Origin: Oscillospiraceae bacterium
GTDB taxonomy: Bacteria; Bacillota; Clostridia; UBA1381; UMGS1253
DNA length: 64,000 bases
Direction of reading: 5' to 3'
Assembly (NCBI GenBank): GCA_015068725.1
Contig: SVKA01000002.1
Coordinates: forward strand, 51,207-115,206
Shown piece by piece: positions 20,117-31,081 of this stretch. A model generated the notes under the pieces. That model was not told the origin of the DNA. It ran no database searches and saw only the letters and a list, made by a program, of their open reading frames with translations. Every line of letters starts with the position of its first letter. Position 1 is the stretch's first letter. Made by a program: the position numbers and the translations under genes.

Positions 20117-21400
20117 ATGAGTGAATGTATAGCAATGATTTTAGCAGGTGGCCAGGGAAGCCGTCTGGGTGCACTCACAAAGGATATTGCAAAACCAGCT
20201 GTCGCTTTTGGCGGAAAATATCGCATAATTGATTTTGTGCTCAGCAACTGCACGCACTCCGGAATAGAAACCGTTGGAGTGCTGACACAATATCAACCGC
20301 TCGAGCTTAACACCTACATAGCGGGTGGAAGTCCGTGGGACCTTGACAGAAGCTTTGGAGGTGTATACGTTCTGCCGCCATATATCAAAGCGGAAAAAGG
20401 CGAATGGTATAGCGGTACAGCAAATGCAATTTATCAGAATATAGGCTTTATAGAGCAATTTGACCCAAAATATATACTTGTTTTATCGGGCGACCACATT
20501 TATAAAATGAACTATTCAAAAATGCTTGATGCGCACAAAAAGACCGACGCATCCGTAACCGTTGCCGTAATGCCGGTCGACTGGACCGAGGCATCACGCT
20601 TTGGAATAATGAAGGTGGATGAGGATGGTCGTGTATGTGAATTTGAAGAAAAACCACCCATACCAAAAAGCAATCTCGCCTCCATGGGAATATATATTTT
20701 TAACTGGCACACACTCAAAAAATATCTCATCGTGGACGAAAATAATCCGCGCTCACAAAATGATTTTGGCAAAAACGTAATACCACAGATGCTTTCTATG
20801 AACGAAAAAATGTATAGCTACAGATTTTCTGATTACTGGCGCGATGTCGGAACTGTCCAAAGCCTTTGGGAAGCACATATGGATATGCTCTGCGAGCCTC
20901 CGTTGCTTGACATGCGCGATAAGTCGTGGCCTATATTTTCACGAAGCCGTGCCAATCCGCCACACTTTATTTCAAGCCATGCAATTTTAAAAAATTCTGC
21001 CGTTACCGAGGGCTGTGAAATACACGGCGTAATAGAGCACAGCGTCATTTCCGAAGGTGTAATCATTCAAAAGGGTGCGATAATCCGCGACAGCGTCATA
21101 ATGCCCGGCGCCCGGATAGATGAATACTCAATAATAGAAAAGGCAATCGTAGGTCCGGGGTGCAAAATCGGCAAAAACGTTATGATAGGCGTGCGCGAAA
21201 CAGAGGATAATCCCTACAAATCCGATATATGCACAGACGAAATTGTGCTTATTGAAGGAAATGTAATAATAGATGACGGCACCGAAATCGGCAAAAATTC
21301 GATGGTTGAAAACGATATTATCTGCGAAAACGTGCTATTTGAAAAAAAAGCGCAGCATCACAAATCAAACAATTCCGGCATAGCTAAAGGAGGTGCGTAA
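20117..21400 (+). CDS. glgC: Glucose-1-phosphate adenylyltransferase, catalytic subunit
   Basis: [35 protein letters not shown] signature, followed by a left-handed beta-helix C-terminus. Confidence 0.95.
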   Translation: MSECIAMILAGGQGSRLGALTKDIAKPAVAFGGKYRIIDFVLSNCTHSGIETVGVLTQYQPLELNTYIAGGSPWDLDRSFGGVYVLPPYIKAEKGEWYSGTANAIYQNIGFIEQFDPKYILVLSGDHIYKMNYSKMLDAHKKTDASVTVAVMPVDWTEASRFGIMKVDEDGRVCEFEEKPPIPKSNLASMGIYIFNWHTLKKYLIVDENNPRSQNDFGKNVIPQMLSMNEKMYSYRFSDYWRDVGTVQSLWEAHMDMLCEPPLLDMRDKSWPIFSRSRANPPHFISSHAILKNSAVTEGCEIHGVIEHSVISEGVIIQKGAIIRDSVIMPGARIDEYSIIEKAIVGPGCKIGKNVMIGVRETEDNPYKSDICTDEIVLIEGNVIIDDGTEIGKNSMVENDIICENVLFEKKAQHHKSNNSGIAKGGA

Positions 21401-21401
21401 T

Positions 21402-22523
21402 ATGGAGCATATGAGCGGTATAATACTTACAGACACAAAAGAAAAGCAGCTTGGCGTATTAACAGAGCGGCGCTCAACCTCTGCAATGCCCATTGCAGGG
21501 CGCTATCGCCTTATAGACTTTATTTTATCAAGCATGGTAAATTCGGGCATACGAACTGTGGGCATAGCGGCTCAGTATAACTACTCCTCTCTTATGGATC
21601 ATCTTGGCTCGGGCAAAGCGTGGGATTTAAACCGGAAAAATAAAGGACTTTATATTCTGCCGCCGCATATAGGAAAAGAAAACACCGGCAAGCCCGTCGG
21701 CGATATAGACATTTTATATGGCATAAGCACTTTTATAAGAAAAGTAAAACCCGACTATGTACTGATTGCAAACGGCAATACTATCTATAACACAACCTTT
21801 AATGAAGCGCTCAGGTTTCACAAAGCAAAGCATGCCGACATCACAATACTATATAACACAGAAACAAATAAAACCGACAAAGAGCTTAAAAACTATACGC
21901 TTTTAAATGTGTCCAACTCAGGCCGCGTAACAGATATTATGAAAAATTATACTCACCCGAAAAGTAAATGTGTATCAATGGAAACATACATTATAGAGCG
22001 CTCGCTGCTTCTTCATATTATCGAAACATGCGTTGCACACGGAGAGCATGATTGGGTAGTCGATGTGCTTATTAAAAACCTTGATAAGCTCAATATCTGC
22101 GCTTATGAATTTGATGGCTATGTAGGTCGTATAGATACAATCGAGAGTTATTATAAAAACAATATGAACTTTCTGATGCCCGATGTCAGAAAAGAGCTAT
22201 TTTCATCAAAGCAGAAAATATACACAAAAGCAAAGGATCAGGTCCCTACCCGCTACGGAAACAACGCAAGCGTATCTGACAGTATGGTTGCAGATGGCTG
22301 CCTTATCGAAGGAAGCGTAGAAAACAGCATCATTTTCCGCGGCGTACAGATTGAAAAAGGTGCAAAAGTAAAAAATTCCATCATAATGCAAAACAGCATT
22401 ATACAAAAAAACTGCATCCTCGAAAATGTTGTGCTTGATAAAGAGGTAACACTTCTTGGCGGAAAAACCATCATCGGACAACCAAACTATCCTTTTGTAG
22501 CTGCAAAAGGCAATATAATATAA
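21402..22523 (+). CDS. glgD: Glucose-1-phosphate adenylyltransferase, GlgD regulatory subunit
   Basis: GlgC paralogue with a degenerate N-terminal motif (LTERRSTSAMPIAGRYRLIDF). Firmicute glgC-glgD arrangement. ATG at 21402 follows AAAGGAGGTG. Confidence 0.9.
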   Translation: MEHMSGIILTDTKEKQLGVLTERRSTSAMPIAGRYRLIDFILSSMVNSGIRTVGIAAQYNYSSLMDHLGSGKAWDLNRKNKGLYILPPHIGKENTGKPVGDIDILYGISTFIRKVKPDYVLIANGNTIYNTTFNEALRFHKAKHADITILYNTETNKTDKELKNYTLLNVSNSGRVTDIMKNYTHPKSKCVSMETYIIERSLLLHIIETCVAHGEHDWVVDVLIKNLDKLNICAYEFDGYVGRIDTIESYYKNNMNFLMPDVRKELFSSKQKIYTKAKDQVPTRYGNNASVSDSMVADGCLIEGSVENSIIFRGVQIEKGAKVKNSIIMQNSIIQKNCILENVVLDKEVTLLGGKTIIGQPNYPFVAAKGNII

Positions 22524-22548
22524 CAAATACATTAGGGAGGAAATATAA

Positions 22549-23988
22549 ATGATAAATATCCTGATGGCAGCCTCCGAAGCCGTTCCGTTTGCAAAAACAG
22601 GCGGACTTGGCGACGTGTGCGGCACACTTCCTTTATATTTTGACAAAAGCGAGGTTGATATACGCCTCATACTGCCAAAATACGGCTGTATCCCAAAAGA
22701 ATACACAGATAAAATGAAATTTATAAAATCAATCGAAATACCGCTCGGCTGGCGTATGCAATACTGCGGCATTTTTGAACTGGAGCACGAAGGCATCAAG
22801 GTGTATTTTATAGATAACGAGTTTTATTTTAAATCAAATAACCTTTACGGTTATATGCACGAGGACATCGAAAAATTTGCATTCTTTTGCCGTGCAGCGC
22901 TCTCAATTCTGCCGGATATCAATTTTTGCCCCGATATAATTCACTCAAATGACTGGCATACGGGCGCAATACCTGTTTTATTAAAAACTCAGTTTTGCGA
23001 CAACCCTTTTTACGCAAGGATAAAAACAATTATGACGATACACAACCTTAGCTATCAGGGAATATGGGACAAAAAAGCTATTCCCGATGTTTTCGGCCTT
23101 GATATGTCGCATTTTTCAATAAATGAGCTTGAATACAACGGGAGTATGAACTTATTAAAGGGTGGCATAGTTTTTGCCGATACAGTTACAACAGTAAGTC
23201 AAAGCTATGCAAACGAAATACAGACCGCAGAGTATGGCGAGGGCCTTGACGGTGTTTTGCGCTCACACTCTGATAGTCTTGTTGGCATAACAAACGGAAT
23301 TTCATACACTCACTATAATCCCGCAAATGATAAATACATTTACAAATGCTATAACAGACGTGATTTTGTTTCGGGCAAAAAAGAAAACAAGCAAAAACTT
23401 CAAAAGGATTTAGGTCTTGCCCAAAACGAAAACACCTTTACTCTCGGCATCGTATCAAGACTGACAAAGCAAAAAGGAATTGAGCTTATAGAGCAAATTA
23501 TGCACTCTCTTAACGAGCGCGATATCCAGCTTATTATTTTGGGTACAGGCGATAAAAACTACGAAGATACGTTTTTGTGGTACGCAAAAAACTATCCTGA
23601 TAAGTTTTGCGCAAATATATGCTTTGACGATGCACTTGCCCATAAGATTTATGCCGCATGCGATGTATTTTTAATGCCATCACTGTTTGAGCCGTGTGGT
23701 CTTAGTCAGCTTATAAGCCTTAAATACGGTACGCTTCCGATAGTGCGCGAGACGGGTGGTCTTCGTGATACAATAGAGCCATATAACGAATACACCGGCG
23801 AAGGTAACGGCTTTTCCTTTGCGCCATACAATGCCCATGACCTTCTTTTCACCATTGATTATGCACACAAAATCTTTAATCAAAAATCAGCGTGGCAAAA
23901 AATTGTACGAAATGCCATGCGCGCAGATTTTGGCTGGGAAAAATCTGCCGAAAAATATCTTGAGCTTTATAAACGTCTTTTATCCTGA
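22549..23988 (+). CDS. glgA: Glycogen synthase (ADP-glucose type)
   Basis: MAASEAVPFAKTGGLGDV N-terminus, and PSLFEPCGLSQL with RETGGLRDT near the C-terminus. Confidence 0.95.
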   Translation: MINILMAASEAVPFAKTGGLGDVCGTLPLYFDKSEVDIRLILPKYGCIPKEYTDKMKFIKSIEIPLGWRMQYCGIFELEHEGIKVYFIDNEFYFKSNNLYGYMHEDIEKFAFFCRAALSILPDINFCPDIIHSNDWHTGAIPVLLKTQFCDNPFYARIKTIMTIHNLSYQGIWDKKAIPDVFGLDMSHFSINELEYNGSMNLLKGGIVFADTVTTVSQSYANEIQTAEYGEGLDGVLRSHSDSLVGITNGISYTHYNPANDKYIYKCYNRRDFVSGKKENKQKLQKDLGLAQNENTFTLGIVSRLTKQKGIELIEQIMHSLNERDIQLIILGTGDKNYEDTFLWYAKNYPDKFCANICFDDALAHKIYAACDVFLMPSLFEPCGLSQLISLKYGTLPIVRETGGLRDTIEPYNEYTGEGNGFSFAPYNAHDLLFTIDYAHKIFNQKSAWQKIVRNAMRADFGWEKSAEKYLELYKRLLS

Positions 23989-24002
23989 GGAGGAAAACTT
24001 TT

Positions 24003-26444
24003 ATGTTAACAGAAAAGCAGCAAAAAATATATGATGAAATAACAGGCAAGCTTATGCGCCATTTTGGAAAAACAATCGAGGACGCAACCGAAAATATGCT
24101 TTATCAGGCAAGCGCCTATACCGTTCGTGATGAAATAATGAAAAAATGGCGTCTTTCACACGACAGTGTAAAACAGCTTGGAGCAAAAAAACTCTACTAC
24201 CTTTCGTCAGAGTTTTTGATGGGGCGTCTTCTTAGTACAAATATGCTCAATCTCGCCCTTACAGACGATTTTGTAAAGGTTTTTGAGCATATCGGTCTTG
24301 ACATAAGCTCTGTTATTGAAAAAGAGAGCGACGCAGGTCTTGGAAACGGCGGTCTTGGACGTCTTGCCGCGTGCTTTATTGACTCACTAAGCACCCTAAA
24401 TCTTCCCGCATACGGCTCTACAATAAGATATGAATACGGACTTTTTCGTCAAAAAATAATCGACGGCTATCAGCTTGAGCAGCCTGATTCGTGGCTTGAA
24501 AACGGATACGTCTGGGAAATTGCCCGCCCCGAAGAACAAATCGAAATTCTTTTCGGCGGAAAAGTATATACCGATAATCACGACGGACGTTTTTCGTTTC
24601 GCTATGAAAATTCTCATACCGTGCTTGCAGTTCCCTACGATGTGCCCGTTTGCGGCTACAACTCAAAAATGATAAACAAACTGCGTCTTTGGAGCGCAAA
24701 AGCACCAAGCGACCTTAATATGCAGTTTTTTAACGAAGGGCAATATAGGCGCGCAGTAGAGGAAAAGGATATGGCAGAGGTCATCTCAAAGGTGCTCTAT
24801 CCCGAGGATAACCATAACGAAGGCAAAAGGCTGCGCCTTAGACAACAGTATTTTCTCGTATCCGCCACAATTCAGTGGATTGTGCGCGATTTTAAACATG
24901 CATACGGCGAAAACTGGGACATCTTCCCCGAAAAAATCGCCATACACATAAACGATACCCACCCTGCCCTTGCAATATGCGAGCTTATGCGCGTGCTTAT
25001 GGACAACGAAGGTCTCGGCTGGGACAAAGCGTGGCAAATAACGCAAAACACATGTGCCTATACAAACCATACCGTAATGAGCGAGGCACTTGAAAAATGG
25101 CCCACGCACGTATTTGAATCACTTCTTCCCCGAATTTATATGATAGTGTGTGAGATAAATGCCCGCCTTCTTGAAAAGCTTAACCAATCTTACCCGGGCG
25201 ATGTGGCAAAAATTGACTATATGGCAATCATTAATAAAAACGCCCAAATCAGTATGGCAAATCTCTGCCTTGCATCGTGTCATGCCATCAACGGCGTATC
25301 AAAGCTTCACACCGATATTTTGATAAATGATATTTTTGCAGATTATTACAGACTTGACAAATCGCGTTTTCACGCAATTACCAACGGAATAACATTTCGC
25401 CGCTGGATAATGCACGCAAACCCTTCTCTTACAAAGCTCATAAACGAAACAATCGGCGATAAATGGATAGATGATGCATCAGCTCTTTGCGAGCTTGCAA
25501 ACTTTTCGCAAGATAAAGCATTTTGCGAAAAATTTGCCCAAATAAAGCTTGAAAACAAAAAACAGCTCGCCCAGTATATAAAAGAGCATAATAATATCGA
25601 TGTCGATATAAACTCTATTTTTGACATACAGGCAAAACGCCTCCATGAGTATAAAAGACAGCTCTTAAATATCCTTCATATACTGCATCTGTATAATTGT
25701 ATCATCGACAATCCGTCTATCCAGATGCCTGCAAGGACATTCATTTTTGCCGCCAAAGCATCGCCGGGATATAAAAGAGCAAAGCTCATTATCAAGCTTA
25801 TAAACAGCGTTGCAGACCTTGTAAATAATGACGAGCGCATCGGCGGCAGATTAAAGGTTGTATTTATAGAAAATTACAGCGTAACGCTCGCAGAAAAAAT
25901 CGTTGCCGCCGCCGACCTTTCAGAGCAGATTTCAACCGCCGGAAAAGAGGCTTCGGGCACAGGCAATATGAAATTTATGCTAAACGGCGCTCTCACAATC
26001 GGCACATTTGACGGTGCAAATATAGAAATGAGCGAGCAGGTAGGCAGAGAAAATATGTTCATCTTCGGGCTTAGTGCAGACGAGGTTGCGACCCGCTACC
26101 GCCATCAGAGCGGCGAGGTGCAAACGATTTACTCTACTAACCTTCCGTTAAAGCGTGCACTTGATATGCTCATTGATTCGACTCTTGAGCCACAGCATCC
26201 TCAAATTTTCAGAGAAATATATCAATCGCTGCTTTTTGGCGATTACGGAATTGCGGATCCTTATATGGTTGTGCGCGACTTTGATGCTTACGTTGCCGCC
26301 CAAATACAAGTATCACGCGAATTTTCAGATAAAGAGCTTTGGACAAAAAAGGCAGTTTTAAATACCGCCCACGCCGGATTTTTCAGTTCTGACCGAACTA
26401 TACGCGAGTATAATGAAAAAATATGGCACCTTAGTCCTATTTAA
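24003..26444 (+). CDS. glgP: Glycogen/maltodextrin phosphorylase
   Basis: 813 aa. EASGTGNMKFMLNGALTIGTFDGANIE pyridoxal-phosphate lysine region and GLGNGGLGRLAACF. Confidence 0.95.
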   Translation: MLTEKQQKIYDEITGKLMRHFGKTIEDATENMLYQASAYTVRDEIMKKWRLSHDSVKQLGAKKLYYLSSEFLMGRLLSTNMLNLALTDDFVKVFEHIGLDISSVIEKESDAGLGNGGLGRLAACFIDSLSTLNLPAYGSTIRYEYGLFRQKIIDGYQLEQPDSWLENGYVWEIARPEEQIEILFGGKVYTDNHDGRFSFRYENSHTVLAVPYDVPVCGYNSKMINKLRLWSAKAPSDLNMQFFNEGQYRRAVEEKDMAEVISKVLYPEDNHNEGKRLRLRQQYFLVSATIQWIVRDFKHAYGENWDIFPEKIAIHINDTHPALAICELMRVLMDNEGLGWDKAWQITQNTCAYTNHTVMSEALEKWPTHVFESLLPRIYMIVCEINARLLEKLNQSYPGDVAKIDYMAIINKNAQISMANLCLASCHAINGVSKLHTDILINDIFADYYRLDKSRFHAITNGITFRRWIMHANPSLTKLINETIGDKWIDDASALCELANFSQDKAFCEKFAQIKLENKKQLAQYIKEHNNIDVDINSIFDIQAKRLHEYKRQLLNILHILHLYNCIIDNPSIQMPARTFIFAAKASPGYKRAKLIIKLINSVADLVNNDERIGGRLKVVFIENYSVTLAEKIVAAADLSEQISTAGKEASGTGNMKFMLNGALTIGTFDGANIEMSEQVGRENMFIFGLSADEVATRYRHQSGEVQTIYSTNLPLKRALDMLIDSTLEPQHPQIFREIYQSLLFGDYGIADPYMVVRDFDAYVAAQIQVSREFSDKELWTKKAVLNTAHAGFFSSDRTIREYNEKIWHLSPI

Positions 26445-26474
26445 TTTATTTGTATATTGCAGGAGGATTTTTTA

Positions 26475-28397
26475 TTGAAAGCAGAGCATAATTCACACAG
26501 TCTTTTTTATCGTGCGCCTTTTGGCGCACTTTGTTGTTGTGCAAAAACAGATTTAAAGCTTGCGCTCGATACACAAGAGTGGCCAAAAAGTGTCAGCCTT
26601 GAATACACTATCGACTCAGAGCATTTTTCAAAGCCAATGCACTATCACTCAAAAATGCTTGACTCATATATCTTTCAAGTGGCTCTCACTATGCCACAAA
26701 ATCCATGTATTCTTTTTTATTATTTTAAAATAGAATATGATGACCACACACTGTATTATGGCAATAACCACTCCCGCTTTGGCGGAAACGGAGAGCTATA
26801 TAAGGATACTCCAACTCCCTACCAAATTACCGTATACGACAAAAGCTTTAAGACTCCCGACTGGCTCAAAAAAGGAGTTATGTATCAAATCTTTGTCGAC
26901 AGATTTAAAAAATCCGACGCATACGATAATAAAAACCTTCGCAGCGATATAATCTTTCGCACGTGGGGCGAAACACCGTATTATAAAAAAGAGCAATTTG
27001 GTGGCGAATATCTTGCCAACGACTTTTTTGGTGGCTCACTTACAGGCGTTATAGAAAAGCTTGACTACCTTGCCGATTTGGGTATTACAATTATATATCT
27101 AAACCCAATATTTGAAGCGTATTCCAATCACAAATACGACACAGGCGATTATGAAAAAATCGACAAAATGTTTGGCGATGAAGAAATCTTTAAAAAGTTA
27201 TGTCAAAAGGCTGATACGCTTGGAATAAAAATTATTTTAGACGGCGTATTTAATCACACAGGCTCTGACAGTAAATATTTTAACAAGAAAGGCAAATACA
27301 ATAGCGTCGGAGCATATCAGAGTATTGACTCTGTGTATTTTGATTGGTATAATTTTAGTAGTTATCCTGATAAATACGATTGTTGGTGGGGCATTGATAC
27401 ACTCTGCTCGGTAAACGAAAATACACCTTCGTATACAAACTATATTTTAACCGGTGAAAACAGTATAATAAAGCGTTATCTTCGTCTTGGTGCGGGCGGT
27501 TGGCGACTCGATGTGGCAGACGAGCTTCCTTCAAAGTTTTTATCTGCGCTTCGCCGCGAGGTAAAAGCCACCGATAAAAACTCCGCAATTATAGGCGAGG
27601 TCTGGGAGGACGCGTCAAACAAAGTAAGCTATGGCGAGCTTAGAAAATATCTTTGCGGCCATCAGCTTGACAGTGTGATGAATTATCCATTAAGAGCAGC
27701 GCTGCTTGACTATATTCTTTGCAATATCGATGCAAAAACATTCAACTCGCGTCTTTACAGCCTTTATGAAAACTATCCCAAAGAGGCTTTTATGGCGAGT
27801 ATGAATTTTCTTTCAAGCCACGATACCGAGCGCGTGCTTACACGGCTTGCGAACATAACTATGCCTCTCACCAAAGATGAGCAGGCACATTTTAGGCTTG
27901 ATAACAAGCAAAAATCACTTGCAACAAAAAGGCTAAGGCTTGCATATACGCTCCTTATGTGCCTTCCCGGTACGCCCTGTGTTTTTTATGGCGACGAGCT
28001 TGGCACCGAGGGCTTTGGCGATCCGTTTTGCCGCTCCTGCTTTGACGAAACAAAAACAGGAAATGATATAAATCTGTTTTTTAAAAATATTATATCCCTT
28101 CGAAAAAACAGTAGCGCCCTTGTTTTCGGAGATTTTGAGTTTGTATATGGCAGCGCTCAGGTCTGCGCCTTTATACGCATATCAGATGACGATTTTAAGC
28201 TTATGGTTGTAAACACCCACGAAACACACGACCACTACGCTCCGATAGAGCTTGGGCGTTTTGGGATGCACGAGCTTGCAAACCACGAAGAATATCATAA
28301 ATCAGAAAACGGACGTTTTATATTGCATATAGAGCCTATGAGCATAAAAATTTACGATGTAAAAACAGCATATACAAAGGAGAAAAGCAATGAGTAA
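26475..28397 (+). CDS. GH13 alpha-glycosidase (neopullulanase/cyclomaltodextrinase-like)
   Basis: GH13 regions DGVFNHTG, GGWRLDVADE, IIGEVWED and FLSSHDTER. TTG start at 26475 lies 8 nt after GGAGGA. Confidence 0.85.
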   Translation: MKAEHNSHSLFYRAPFGALCCCAKTDLKLALDTQEWPKSVSLEYTIDSEHFSKPMHYHSKMLDSYIFQVALTMPQNPCILFYYFKIEYDDHTLYYGNNHSRFGGNGELYKDTPTPYQITVYDKSFKTPDWLKKGVMYQIFVDRFKKSDAYDNKNLRSDIIFRTWGETPYYKKEQFGGEYLANDFFGGSLTGVIEKLDYLADLGITIIYLNPIFEAYSNHKYDTGDYEKIDKMFGDEEIFKKLCQKADTLGIKIILDGVFNHTGSDSKYFNKKGKYNSVGAYQSIDSVYFDWYNFSSYPDKYDCWWGIDTLCSVNENTPSYTNYILTGENSIIKRYLRLGAGGWRLDVADELPSKFLSALRREVKATDKNSAIIGEVWEDASNKVSYGELRKYLCGHQLDSVMNYPLRAALLDYILCNIDAKTFNSRLYSLYENYPKEAFMASMNFLSSHDTERVLTRLANITMPLTKDEQAHFRLDNKQKSLATKRLRLAYTLLMCLPGTPCVFYGDELGTEGFGDPFCRSCFDETKTGNDINLFFKNIISLRKNSSALVFGDFEFVYGSAQVCAFIRISDDDFKLMVVNTHETHDHYAPIELGRFGMHELANHEEYHKSENGRFILHIEPMSIKIYDVKTAYTKEKSNE

Positions 28398-29634
28398 AAC
28401 CATGGCCATAATCGGCGGCGGCGCAAGCGGCCTTATGTGCGCTATAACTGCTAAGCGCCGCGCAAATCAATTAAAAAAAGATATATCCGTTATAATTTTA
28501 GAAAAGAATTCACGCGTAGGAAAAAAGCTTCTTTCAACGGGCAACGGAAAATGCAACCTTACAAATACGAATATTTGCCGTAATGCGTATCATTCAAACG
28601 ATATTGCTTTTGTCCAAAGCGTGCTTGACTCTTTTTCGTCCGATAAAATCATAGACTTTTTTGAGCAAATAGGAATCACATGCATCTCAAATAACAATCT
28701 CATTTATCCGCGCAGTATGCAGGCATCATCAGTTCTTGACGCGCTGCGTTTTGAGGCGCAAAAGCTCGGCGTCGAATTTATATGCGATTTTGATGCAGAA
28801 AAAATACAAAAATCCAATTCATCCTATATCATTTCAGGCAAAACACAAAATATATGCGCCGACGTCGTAGTAATAGCATCAGGCAGCAGCGCAACCACAG
28901 GCTCGGACACAGGTCTTGATATATTAAAATCCTTCGGACACAAAATCTATACACCATACCCTGCCCTCACCACATTAAAATCAGCTGAAGAATGTATAAA
29001 AACGGCCAAGGGCATGCGCGCAGATGCATCTATCACACTCGTATGCGACAAAAAAAATATAAGAACCGAAAATGGCGAGCTGCTATTTTGCGACTATGGT
29101 TTTTCAGGCATCGCCATAATGCAGCTTTCAGGCTATGTATCAAAGCTTTTTACCGATGGCAAAAAACATGATGTAAAGCTCAAAATCGATTTTGCACCCG
29201 AATACTCTTTTGATGAACTGTATTCTGTTTTAATAAAAAAGAGAAACTCACTTTCGCATCTTGATACAGAAAATCTTTTGTGCGGCTTTTTAAACAAGCG
29301 CATCGGTATGACAATTATAAAACATTCAAATATAGTCGCATTATCCGAGCCGATATCCTCGCTCGACGATAAAAAAATAAAAAAGCTTGCCCAAACTGTA
29401 AAATCCTTTGAAATGGCAATTACAGGAACAAAAGGCGCTCCACAGGCGCAGGTTATGGGCGGCGGAGCGGCACTTTCGGATTTTTATAAAGATACGCTCG
29501 AATCAAAAAAATCGCCAAAGCTTTTTGCGTGCGGTGAGGTGCTTGACGTATATGGCGACTGTGGCGGTTACAATCTTACATGGGCATGGGCAAGCGGATA
29601 TATATGCGCAAATTCTGCCGCAGAGATTATATAG
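28390..29634 (+). CDS. HI0933/BaiN-like FAD-dependent oxidoreductase (aminoacetone-oxidase family)
   Basis: IIGGGASGLMCAI dinucleotide-binding motif, GNGKCNLTN, and GEVLDVYGDCGGYNL near the C-terminus. The ATG overlaps the GH13 stop by 8 nt. Confidence 0.8.
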   Translation: MSKTMAIIGGGASGLMCAITAKRRANQLKKDISVIILEKNSRVGKKLLSTGNGKCNLTNTNICRNAYHSNDIAFVQSVLDSFSSDKIIDFFEQIGITCISNNNLIYPRSMQASSVLDALRFEAQKLGVEFICDFDAEKIQKSNSSYIISGKTQNICADVVVIASGSSATTGSDTGLDILKSFGHKIYTPYPALTTLKSAEECIKTAKGMRADASITLVCDKKNIRTENGELLFCDYGFSGIAIMQLSGYVSKLFTDGKKHDVKLKIDFAPEYSFDELYSVLIKKRNSLSHLDTENLLCGFLNKRIGMTIIKHSNIVALSEPISSLDDKKIKKLAQTVKSFEMAITGTKGAPQAQVMGGGAALSDFYKDTLESKKSPKLFACGEVLDVYGDCGGYNLTWAWASGYICANSAAEII

Positions 29635-29667
29635 TGCTTTAAAACAATACATACAAAGGAGAAAACA

Positions 29668-30117
29668 ATGGACAGAGCAGATAAAGCAAAAAATCTTTTC
29701 AAAAACGGATATAACTGTGCACAGGCAGTGATGTGTGCATTTTGTGATTTGACAGGCATGGACGAAAAAACCGCCTACACCCTTGCATCTTCATTTGGCG
29801 GAGGCCTTGGAAGATTAAGAGAGGTATGCGGAGCCGTTTCGGGAATGGCAATGGTAGCAGGGCTTTTATACGGATATACAAAAGAGGACGAGCCATCAAA
29901 AAAAGCCGAGCATTACGCGCTTATCCAAACCCTCGCAAATAAATTTAAGGAGCAGACAGGCGGGGTAGTATGTCGCGAGCTTTTAAATTCCAAAGATACC
30001 ACTCCGACTCCCGAAAAAAGAACGCCTCAATACTATCAAAAGCGCCCATGCGCCGAGCTTGTGTACCTTGCAGCAAAAATTATGCAAGAGTACATCGATG
30101 AGCATGAAATTGATTAA
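29668..30117 (+). CDS. C_GCAxxG_C_C family protein
   Basis: 149 aa. NGYNCAQAVMCAF matches the family-defining C-(G)CAxxG..C..C region, with CGAVSG and a later C..C pair. AAGGAG RBS. Confidence 0.75.
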   Translation: MDRADKAKNLFKNGYNCAQAVMCAFCDLTGMDEKTAYTLASSFGGGLGRLREVCGAVSGMAMVAGLLYGYTKEDEPSKKAEHYALIQTLANKFKEQTGGVVCRELLNSKDTTPTPEKRTPQYYQKRPCAELVYLAAKIMQEYIDEHEID

Positions 30118-30165
30118 AAAAACGGTCTTATGACCGTTTTTTTATGCCTGACTTATTAATTTATT
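30115..30165. repeat. Copy A of a ~50-bp terminator-containing direct repeat
   Basis: taaaaaaacggtcttatgaccgtttttttatgccTgaCttattaAtttAtT. The first 34 nt are identical to copy B at 31913. By my hand alignment about 46 of 51 positions match. Confidence 0.9.
30116..30143. terminator. Bidirectional intrinsic terminator (A7-CGGTC-TTAT-GACCG-T7)
   Basis: Perfect hairpin flanked by an A-run and a T-run, between the convergent stops at 30117 (+) and 30156 (-). Confidence 0.75.
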
Positions 30166-30956
30166 TTTGATTTTTTATATTTGAGCGGTGACATTCCAAA
30201 TCTTTGTTTAAAGCATTTTGAAAAATAAAACTGATCTGAAAATCCCAAATATTCACTTATTTCTTCTATAGACATATTAGCATTTTTCAACAGCTGCGCC
30301 GCCGCAAACATTTTTTGCCCTTTTATATACTCTTGAACAGTAATTTTAAGTTCTTTTTTAAACTTGTTGGTTAAGGTACTTTTCGAAATATAAGCATACT
30401 CCGCAACACTTGACAGACAAATCTTTTTATCCAAATTATTTTTTATAAATTCAACTGCTTTTTGTACACATTCTGAAAATTCTACAATTTCTAAACTTAT
30501 ATTATTGCTTTTTAAAAGTTTAATAAGGGCATCATACACTTTTTGCTTAACAACAAGCGAGTCAGCAATGTTTTCGCTTGTTAAATATTTTTTATAAAAA
30601 ACACTCCAATCGGTATCATCTTTTCTAAAAATCGGTTGTATACATCTGCCGAGCATATCAATAGCATCCGCTCCTGATAAAGTAATATGAAAAAATATGT
30701 GTTCCATCATATTCTCACAACAAAAATTAAACGAAAATCCCGCAGGGAGCAAATACCAGTTTTGAGGCAGAAGCTCTATTTTTTCACCATCGTGCTCAAT
30801 GCAAGCCTTCCCTCCCACAATGTAATATAATCTTGAAAAAACAGGATTTTTCACATACCCATTCCAAGTCGATTTCACCGTAGCATATCCAAAACTATAC
30901 AAATTAAGTTTTATATCGTTCGCTATTTCACACAACGCAGCATTGTTGGTAATCAT
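30156..30956 (-). CDS. AraC family transcriptional regulator (cupin-like sensor plus HTH)
   Basis: 266 aa. The C-terminus carries two HTH units ending EISEYLGFSDQFYFSKCFKQRFGMSPLKYK. Confidence 0.9.
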   Translation of the reverse strand: MITNNAALCEIANDIKLNLYSFGYATVKSTWNGYVKNPVFSRLYYIVGGKACIEHDGEKIELLPQNWYLLPAGFSFNFCCENMMEHIFFHITLSGADAIDMLGRCIQPIFRKDDTDWSVFYKKYLTSENIADSLVVKQKVYDALIKLLKSNNISLEIVEFSECVQKAVEFIKNNLDKKICLSSVAEYAYISKSTLTNKFKKELKITVQEYIKGQKMFAAAQLLKNANMSIEEISEYLGFSDQFYFSKCFKQRFGMSPLKYKKSKIN

Positions 30957-30992
30957 TTGTTCTATTCTCCATATTTATTATTCAAAAATACA

Positions 30993-31020
30993 TTGATTTA
31001 ATCACATTTTATGTTAAAAT
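30993..31020 (+). promoter_or_regulatory. Candidate promoter for the 31082 gene
   Basis: TTGATT, 16 nt, TAAAAT with an upstream TG (TGTTAAAAT). Confidence 0.45.
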
Positions 31021-31081
31021 GAAATTATATTTTACATAAATATAACATATAAATATGCAAAAATCAAGGAGACTGCAAAAA

